Shown here piece after piece: positions 16,929 through 22,748 of a stretch of 22,748 nt of DNA; position 1 is the first letter of the stretch, and every line of letters begins with the position of its first letter. The notes beneath the pieces are model-generated. The model had not been told where the DNA came from. It searched no databases and saw nothing but the letters and a program-made list of their open reading frames with translations. Origin of the DNA: a bacterium (GTDB lineage: Bacteria > SZUA-182 > DTGQ01 > JAFGSM01). The position numbers were made by a program, and so were the translations under genes. The stretch is from the NCBI GenBank assembly GCA_049472355.1, contig JBLIRP010000065.1, forward strand, positions 1 to 22,748. The letters run 5' to 3'.

Positions 16929-17107
16929 AACACCCTCCCCTGAAAGATGATATCACTGCAAGACACGGATTACACGGATGTATATCGAGCCTTTCCATGA
17001 GGTATTCGTTGTTGTAATCCTTCGCCCTTCGGTGTGATCGAACGATCATTGGTATTTGAAGGGCAGGCAATCGAATAGTATCCTCGATGGCAATGAACCA
17101 CACTGCC

Positions 17108-17135
17108 ATTATACATGTATTGCATGAAGTTGCAA
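17108..17135 (-). promoter_or_regulatory. Putative sigma70 promoter for the PNPOx-like/ybgA-like pair
   Basis: Minus strand TTGCAA (17135-17130)-N16-TATAAT (17113-17108). Confidence 0.5.
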
Positions 17136-17247
17136 TCGTCCCGCATTCAAGGGCTTTTCGGTCTATGATATCGTTATGGAGATCTCACCTTGAACGCTTC
17201 CATCACTATTGCTTGATGCACAAAAAGGGATATGACCGGGCACCCCT

Positions 17248-18000
17248 TCACTCCTGGAGCCGGATATGGGACCCCGGGGGCCATGGCCAGTTGTGGGGTA
17301 CAGGTGACTCGATCTCGATCCTTTTATGCCGCGTGGGATGCTCCACCACCAGCCTTTTTGCAAGCAGCGCGATGGCGCGTTCGGGCAGAGGATGGGATGA
17401 GCCATACTTTATGTCACCAAGCACCGGATGCCCTGCCGCTGCCATCTGCACCCTGATCTGATGGTGGCGGCCTGTTCCCAGAATGATCTCCACGAGGCTG
17501 AATCCGGCGAGGCTTTCCATTGTCCGATAGGTCAGGATGGCCTCCTGCGCCTTCTCCCGTTCCTTGATGCTGATAAAGCTCTTCCGGCCATGTCGTATGA
17601 TATGGCCGGCGAGGTCCCCGGCGGGAGGGGAGGGGGTCCCCTGGAGTACGGCCCAGTAGACCTTTTCGATCCTGCGTTCCCGTATCTGGGCGCAGAGTCG
17701 TGCGGATGCCTTCGATGTGCGCGCAAAGATCACCACCCCCGCCACCGGCCTGTCCAGCCGGTGAACAAGCCCTATGTATACCCTGCCGGGCTTGTTGTAT
17801 TTTTCTGCAATATACCCCCTGGCCATGTCGAGGAGGGTGCGGTCTCCTGTCCGGTCTCCCTGGACGAGGATACCCGGAGGCTTGAACAGGGCAAGAAGGT
17901 GGTTGTCCTCGTAAAGGACCAGGTGCCCTTCGTCATGCTGATCATTTTCCCTTGCGGGTGTGCGTTTTGTATCCTGCTTCATGACATCCACGTGATCCAT
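17248..18000 (-). CDS. RluA-family RNA pseudouridine synthase (no S4 domain)
   Basis: LYEDNHLLALFKPPG, VHRLDRPVAG (catalytic Asp), TGRHHQIRVQMA..GHPVLGDIKYG. Exact start uncertain. Confidence 0.92.
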   Translation of the reverse strand: MDHVDVMKQDTKRTPARENDQHDEGHLVLYEDNHLLALFKPPGILVQGDRTGDRTLLDMARGYIAEKYNKPGRVYIGLVHRLDRPVAGVVIFARTSKASARLCAQIRERRIEKVYWAVLQGTPSPPAGDLAGHIIRHGRKSFISIKEREKAQEAILTYRTMESLAGFSLVEIILGTGRHHQIRVQMAAAGHPVLGDIKYGSSHPLPERAIALLAKRLVVEHPTRHKRIEIESPVPHNWPWPPGSHIRLQE

Positions 18001-18028
18001 ATTACTCTATATTGTATTTCTGCACGAC

Positions 18029-18253
18029 CGGGAAGGGGGGATGCGTCTGTGTGCCCGCGGATGAGCACTGCAGCCTGTCAACCAAACTGTGTTAGAGCGG
18101 AGCGAAGCGAAGCTACTATAATACGGCTTTTTTTGAAAAGCTCAAAGGCTTGCTTCGTTTATAGGCCCGAAGGGCGAGTTGAGGCGTGCCCGAAGCAAGC
18201 CATACAGGCTGTGTGCAAGGGAGCCGAAACAAAAGACGCATCCCCCTTTCCCG
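18029..18253. repeat. 225-bp nested palindromic element (MITE/REP-like or structured RNA) containing repeat copy 2
   Basis: Terminal IR 18029-18048/18234-18253 (19/20 match); inner IRs CAGCCTGT (18071-18078)/ACAGGCTG (18204-18211) and GGCTTGCTTCG (18147-18157)/CGAAGCAAGCC (18191-18201). Confidence 0.8.
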
Positions 18254-18309
18254 AAGGATAGTAAGCAATTTCCATTGCATTTGATTCCCGGTGAAAAAAT
18301 ATGCAATAC

Positions 18310-18338
18310 TATATAAGCCTTGTCTTCACATCTGTCAA
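18310..18338 (-). promoter_or_regulatory. Putative sigma70 promoter facing the palindromic element and rluA
   Basis: Minus strand TTGACA (18338-18333)-N17-TATATA (18315-18310). Confidence 0.5.
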
Positions 18339-18483
18339 CCCGGGGATGGACACCCGGGGATCAGTGTCCGGTTTTCCCTGCCATGGGGAAGATTTTCATT
18401 GAACACGCAGGGTAGTGGATTTTGTCCCCTATCACCCCGTTTCAGGGGCGGTGAATTAACGATCATTGTACGGAGGGTATTGC

Positions 18484-19371
18484 ATGAAGGGGATCATTCT
18501 GGCAGGAGGGGCGGGAACCAGGCTCCATCCGATCACCCGCTCGGTGAGCAAACAACTCCTTGCGGTGTACGACAAGCCCATGATTTACTATCCCCTGTCG
18601 GTTCTGATGCTTGCGGGAATACGCGAGATCCTCATCATTTCCACCCCATGGGACCTGCCCAATTTCAAGACCCTCCTCGGGGACGGGTCCCAGTATGGCC
18701 TCTCCCTTTCATACGCTGAGCAACCGCGACCGGAGGGTCTTGCCCAGGCCTTCATCATCGGCAAGGGGTTCATCGGCGGGGACACGGTATGCCTCATACT
18801 CGGTGACAACATCTTTCACGGTCAGGGGCTGTCCGGCATCCTCAACAGGTGCACCCGATTGACCGAGGGGGGGATCATCTTCGGGTACCTGGTGAAAGAC
18901 CCCCAGCGTTACGGGGTGGTGGAGTTCGACCGGGAGGGAAGGGTGATCGGCATCGAGGAGAAACCCAGGGAGCCGAAGTCGCGGTACGCGGTTCCCGGTC
19001 TCTATTTTTATGACAACGAGGTGGTGAGCATTGCCGGGTCGCTCAAGCCCTCAGCGCGGGGGGAACTGGAGATCACCGATGTCAACGACGTGTACCTGCG
19101 CCGGGGAACCCTCAGGGTGGAGCTGTTCGGACGCGGATTTTGCTGGCTTGACACGGGGACCTATGAATCGCTCCACCAGGCCGCCAATTATGTTCAGGCG
19201 GTGCAGGAACGGCAGGATCTCAAGATCGCCTGCATCGAGGAGATCGCCTTCCGCCTCGGGTACATCGATGAGGCCCAACTCGGGAGTCTCGCCGATGCCC
19301 TTGCCCACAATGAGTACGGTCATTATCTTATGAGCATACTCAAGGAAACCAGGGAGCGGCGTGTGTCATGA
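18484..19371 (+). CDS. rfbA: Glucose-1-phosphate thymidylyltransferase
   Basis: [16 protein letters not shown]...[16 protein letters not shown]...LGDNIF...EEKP...RGELEITD...WLDTGT; GGAGG RBS. Confidence 0.97.
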   Translation: MKGIILAGGAGTRLHPITRSVSKQLLAVYDKPMIYYPLSVLMLAGIREILIISTPWDLPNFKTLLGDGSQYGLSLSYAEQPRPEGLAQAFIIGKGFIGGDTVCLILGDNIFHGQGLSGILNRCTRLTEGGIIFGYLVKDPQRYGVVEFDREGRVIGIEEKPREPKSRYAVPGLYFYDNEVVSIAGSLKPSARGELEITDVNDVYLRRGTLRVELFGRGFCWLDTGTYESLHQAANYVQAVQERQDLKIACIEEIAFRLGYIDEAQLGSLADALAHNEYGHYLMSILKETRERRVS

Positions 19372-19910
19372 AATTCACCCCGACCGAGATTCCCGGTGTT
19401 GTCGTGGTCGAGCCGGAGGTGTTCGAAGACGCCCGCGGTCTTTTCATGGAGACCTTTCACCGTAAAAAGTACGCCTCGGGGGGTATCGACCGGGCCTTTG
19501 TTCAGGACAACTATTCCCTCTCCGTGCAGGGGACACTTCGCGGTCTGCACTATCAGTTTCCCCGTCCTCAGGCAAAGCTTGTCTATGTCCTGAGCGGAGA
19601 GATCTATGATGTTGCCGTGGACATCCGACGGGATTCACCGACCTTTCGTCAATGGGTCGGCATCACCCTTTCGGCTGAAAACAGGCGTCAGTTCTTTGTG
19701 CCCGAGGGATTCGCGCACGGTTTTTGTGTGGTGAGCGAGACTGCCCGGGTCCTCTACAAATGCACGGACTTTTACCACCCTGAATACGATCGGGGCATCC
19801 TGTGGTCGGATCCCTCCCTGGCGATCCGCTGGCCGATCCGTGAACCCCTCCTTTCCGCCAAGGATGCCGGGCTGCCGATGCTGGAAAACGGCATGACATT
19901 GAATCCATGA
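19368..19910 (+). CDS. rfbC: dTDP-4-dehydrorhamnose 3,5-epimerase
   Basis: [43 protein letters not shown]. Confidence 0.96.
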   Translation: MKFTPTEIPGVVVVEPEVFEDARGLFMETFHRKKYASGGIDRAFVQDNYSLSVQGTLRGLHYQFPRPQAKLVYVLSGEIYDVAVDIRRDSPTFRQWVGITLSAENRRQFFVPEGFAHGFCVVSETARVLYKCTDFYHPEYDRGILWSDPSLAIRWPIREPLLSAKDAGLPMLENGMTLNP

Positions 19911-19958
19911 ATATCTCGTGGGTTTCCTACAGCCATTGCCGGAACAGGGGGGACACCG

Positions 19959-20597
19959 GTGGCCTTTAATCCCATCATCGTCATTCAGTTCGCGGTGCTC
20001 CTTTTTGCCATCACCATTCACGAGGCCAGCCATGCCTGGATTGCCAATCTGTGCGGGGACCCGACCGCTGCATACATGGGAAGGGTGACCCTGAATCCGG
20101 TCCCCCACATCGACCCCATCGGCACCATCCTTATCCCCCTGTTCCTGATGATCTTCAGCCCGGGGTTTGGATTGATCGGGTGGGGAAAACCATGTCCGGT
20201 GAATCCCAATAATTTTCGAAACCTGCGCCGCGATGAAATCCTGGTGTCCATCGCCGGGGTGACGTCGAATCTCGTGGCAGCCCTGGCCAGCCTTTTCCTC
20301 CTGAAACTCTTTCTCATCGTGGGGATCACATCGCAAGGACTCTCCATCCTTCTTCGTATCATGTTCCAGCTCAACTGTGTGCTCCTGCTTTTCAACCTCA
20401 TCCCCATTCCCCCCCTCGACGGATCCCATGTCATGAAACAGTTCCTGCCGGCCGCAACGGTGGAAAGGCTCGCCTTTTTGGATCGGTGGGGATTCCTTAT
20501 CCTCCTGCTTTTGATCAATACGCCCCTGTTTGATTATTTTTTTTCGGTGTTCATGTATCCGTTCAATCGTCTATTCTTTTTGGTAATGGGCATTTAA
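19959..20597 (+). CDS. Site-2 protease family (M50) zinc metalloprotease
   Basis: HEASH, GDPT, LNPVPHIDP, FNLIPIPPLDG; GTG start after a G-rich RBS. Confidence 0.92.
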   Translation: MAFNPIIVIQFAVLLFAITIHEASHAWIANLCGDPTAAYMGRVTLNPVPHIDPIGTILIPLFLMIFSPGFGLIGWGKPCPVNPNNFRNLRRDEILVSIAGVTSNLVAALASLFLLKLFLIVGITSQGLSILLRIMFQLNCVLLLFNLIPIPPLDGSHVMKQFLPAATVERLAFLDRWGFLILLLLINTPLFDYFFSVFMYPFNRLFFLVMGI

Positions 20598-20599
20598 GG

Positions 20600-20626
20600 A
20601 CTCCCCCCTCGAAGAAGAGGGGGAGT
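20600..20626. terminator. Hairpin between convergent genes, possible terminator
   Basis: ACTCCCCCCTC-GAAGAA-GAGGGGGAGT (one bulge); no clear U tract. Confidence 0.45.
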
Positions 20627-20780
20627 ATCATTCCACGGAGATGCAACTCGACGACTTATATCCCTCTTGTATGTTCCTTCTCTCGGTTTGTGGGATATGG
20701 CATCGCGGAGAGAATGGCTGTGTGACTGGATTGTGGGAGCGCGGTCATTCCCACTGGTGGAGGCCCCTTGGCTGCCCTAT

Positions 20781-21443
20781 CTAATGCCAGTAGCGGCGAT
20801 CGTCCCGGCCGCGATCGCGCAGTTTCCGCACCCTTCTCATGATATTGGGGTAGTCGAGGTAGAGATACCCGATGACCATCCCGCCGAGGTGCGCCATGTG
20901 GGCGATGCCGTCGCCCCTTCGGGAGACGGTGGAATAGAATTCAATGAGACCGAAGATGAGGGCGAAGTATTTTGCCTTGATGGGAAACAGGAATTGCAGG
21001 TAGATGATCCGGTCCGGATAGGTAAGGGCAAAGGCGAGGAGTATCCCGTAGACGGCCCCGGAGACCCCGATCGTGGGGATGGGGGAGTTCGGTGTGAATA
21101 AGGCGCTGGAGAGCCCCGCCCCGATCCCCGTGATGAAGAAATACTTCATGAAGTACCTGGTTCCCCACCGGTATTCGAGGTCGCTTCCGAACATCCACAG
21201 GGCAAAGAGGTTGAAGAGGATGTGCATGAGCCCGCCGTGAAGGAACATGTACGTCACCGGCTGCCAGAAGAAGAACCGATGCCAGACGAAATAGGGTCGA
21301 AGCCCGAAGTAGACGACCAGGAAGTTCCCGGTGATGAGCTGCAGGAAAAAGACCACCCCCATGATGATCATCAATTTTTTTATACCCGGGCTCAGGGGGG
21401 GGCCGAAGGAGGTATAGCGCGGTCCGTATTCATGATAAGGCAT
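20781..21443 (-). CDS. Rhomboid-family intramembrane serine protease
   Basis: WQPVTYMFLHGG..HILFN, catalytic GVSG, AHMAHLGG. Confidence 0.93.
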   Translation of the reverse strand: MPYHEYGPRYTSFGPPLSPGIKKLMIIMGVVFFLQLITGNFLVVYFGLRPYFVWHRFFFWQPVTYMFLHGGLMHILFNLFALWMFGSDLEYRWGTRYFMKYFFITGIGAGLSSALFTPNSPIPTIGVSGAVYGILLAFALTYPDRIIYLQFLFPIKAKYFALIFGLIEFYSTVSRRGDGIAHMAHLGGMVIGYLYLDYPNIMRRVRKLRDRGRDDRRYWH

Positions 21444-21467
21444 GGGCTTGTCGCTTCCCTTTCTTTT

Positions 21468-22088
21468 TTATGTATCCGAGGCGTTTCGCGGCAATCGTAC
21501 AAAACCTCTCCTCATTCCCGTGATAATCCAAAACGCCGCAACGATCTTCAGGAGTTCACCAGGGAGAAAAGGGAGGAATCCCAGGTAGATGGCCTGGGCC
21601 AGCGTCCACCTGCCCCACAGCATCAATTGGATTATCCCCAACGCATAGATGGTGAGTACGGCCATTATGATGCCTGCGAGGATTCGGCGCCAGGAGGGGG
21701 CTGCACTCGACCCGATCACACATCCGATGACCCACGCACCCACCACAAACCCGAGGAGATACCCCCCGGTGGGGCCCAGGAGATAGAGGAGGCCGCAGGA
21801 GGCCCCGGCAAAGACCGGTATACCGCAGGCCCCTATGAGGAGATAGATGCCCATGGCGCTTGCCCCCCATCCGCATCCGAGAAATACCCCCGCAAGGAGC
21901 ACGAAGAGGGTTTGAAGGGTAACGGGGACCGGGGTAAAGGGGAGAGGGAGGCGAATAAAGGCACCGAGTGCGGTGAGAAGTACAAACAGCCCCATGCCGA
22001 GGAATCGGTTGAGTGTTGCGGGAAGGGGTAAGGGATAGGTAAGGATGGTTAAACCGCTGGTATGGATTTTTGATTGGTCGTTCATCAT
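21468..22088 (-). CDS. bioY: Biotin transporter BioY
   Basis: LPFTPVPVTLQT, YLLIGACGIPVFAG, GPTGGYLLGF, PFLPGELLK. Start uncertain (22088, 22106 or 22169). Confidence 0.92.
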   Translation of the reverse strand: MMNDQSKIHTSGLTILTYPLPLPATLNRFLGMGLFVLLTALGAFIRLPLPFTPVPVTLQTLFVLLAGVFLGCGWGASAMGIYLLIGACGIPVFAGASCGLLYLLGPTGGYLLGFVVGAWVIGCVIGSSAAPSWRRILAGIIMAVLTIYALGIIQLMLWGRWTLAQAIYLGFLPFLPGELLKIVAAFWIITGMRRGFVRLPRNASDT

Positions 22089-22172
22089 TTCTTCAACGCT
22101 CCACATGGTGTGATCGGAATTGGACCGTTCCTTGTTACTAAAGAAGCTTTTTACCAGAAGTTGCATCAAAAA

Positions 22173-22748
22173 TCAACCGGGTGATCGGTCGAAATTCTGT
22201 GCAATCCGGCCTCCGAGTTCGAGGGCTTCGTGTAAGGCCGTGGGGTGTTCCCGTATCGCGCCTTTCCCGTCGACTCCCCGCACCAGGAGTTCCCCCGAGT
22301 AGGTAACGTCCAGGACATCAAAGAAATACCGTACCGTCAGCTTGACCCCCTTGAAGAGCCTTTCTCCATGGGTTGCCCCAACGGAGACAAAATACCCCTT
22401 CCGCGCCTTTTGCACCGGCAAGGGCCTTTTGAGCACGTACTTATTTACCCAGAGCGACTGGCAGCGGTCCACAAAGGCCTTGGTGTGGGCAGGCAGGTTA
22501 TAGAAGAAGATGGGTGAGGCAAGGACGAGGGCATCGGCATGAAACACCGATTCAAGCAGTGCGTCAAAATCATCCTTGAGCACGCATCGGCCGTCCTTTC
22601 TGCACCCGTAAATCTCACGACACGGCTTGATAGTAAAGGAGGAAAGGATCAGTTTATCCACGTCCGTCCCCTGTGATTGGGCACCCTTGAGCACCTCATC
22701 CAGGAGGATCTCCGTGTTTCCCTTTAATCGAGGGCTCCCCATCAGGCC
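22173..22748 (-). CDS. Iron-sulfur flavoprotein/NADPH-dependent FMN reductase family; start beyond right edge
   Basis: GSPRLKGNT, PCREIYGCRKDGRC, ASPIFFY, KAFVDR; frame open to the window end (GLMGSPR). Confidence 0.88.
   Translation of the reverse strand, partial: GLMGSPRLKGNTEILLDEVLKGAQSQGTDVDKLILSSFTIKPCREIYGCRKDGRCVLKDDFDALLESVFHADALVLASPIFFYNLPAHTKAFVDRCQSLWVNKYVLKRPLPVQKARKGYFVSVGATHGERLFKGVKLTVRYFFDVLDVTYSGELLVRGVDGKGAIREHPTALHEALELGGRIAQNFDRSPG

Noticed and set aside
18029..18253. 6S RNA, attC site or group II intron end
   Set aside because: Shares a core with a second intergenic copy, lacks the usual ssrS context, a correctly paired RYYYAAC/GTTRRRY box set and a domain V motif; an Rfam scan would settle it.
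18338..18470. ACCCGGGGAT direct repeat (18338, 18352) and possible ops/JUMPstart or riboswitch before rfbA
   Set aside because: No GGCGGTAG ops match or recognisable aptamer; too short to support a call.

Overview
GC-rich bacterial window; gene content suggests Desulfobacterota/deltaproteobacteria (inference). Order: truncated MEMO1/AmrB gene and a HAD phosphatase (-); a structured intergenic repeat; a small stand-alone MamI-like membrane protein (+); an apparent + strand operon of four MSHA/T2SS-like genes (ExeA-LysM ATPase, PilN-like, PilO-like, GspB/MshK-like) running straight into a P1B-type metal ATPase fused in frame to an HflK/SPFH domain, followed by hflC-like and hflK-like genes; a convergent GAF-PilB/GspE ATPase preceded by a membrane cyclase-TPR-HD-GYP hybrid (-); ybgA-like, PNPOx-like and RluA genes (-); a second copy of the repeat inside a 225-bp nested palindrome; rfbA-rfbC and a site-2 protease (+); rhomboid, bioY and a truncated iron-sulfur flavoprotein (-). 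Best candidates for an undescribed system: the metal pump-SPFH module (5809-10727, no FtsH in the window) and the atypical cyclase/HD-GYP plus cNMP-type GAF pilus motor pair (10735-15385). All family calls come from reading motifs by eye; no searches were run.
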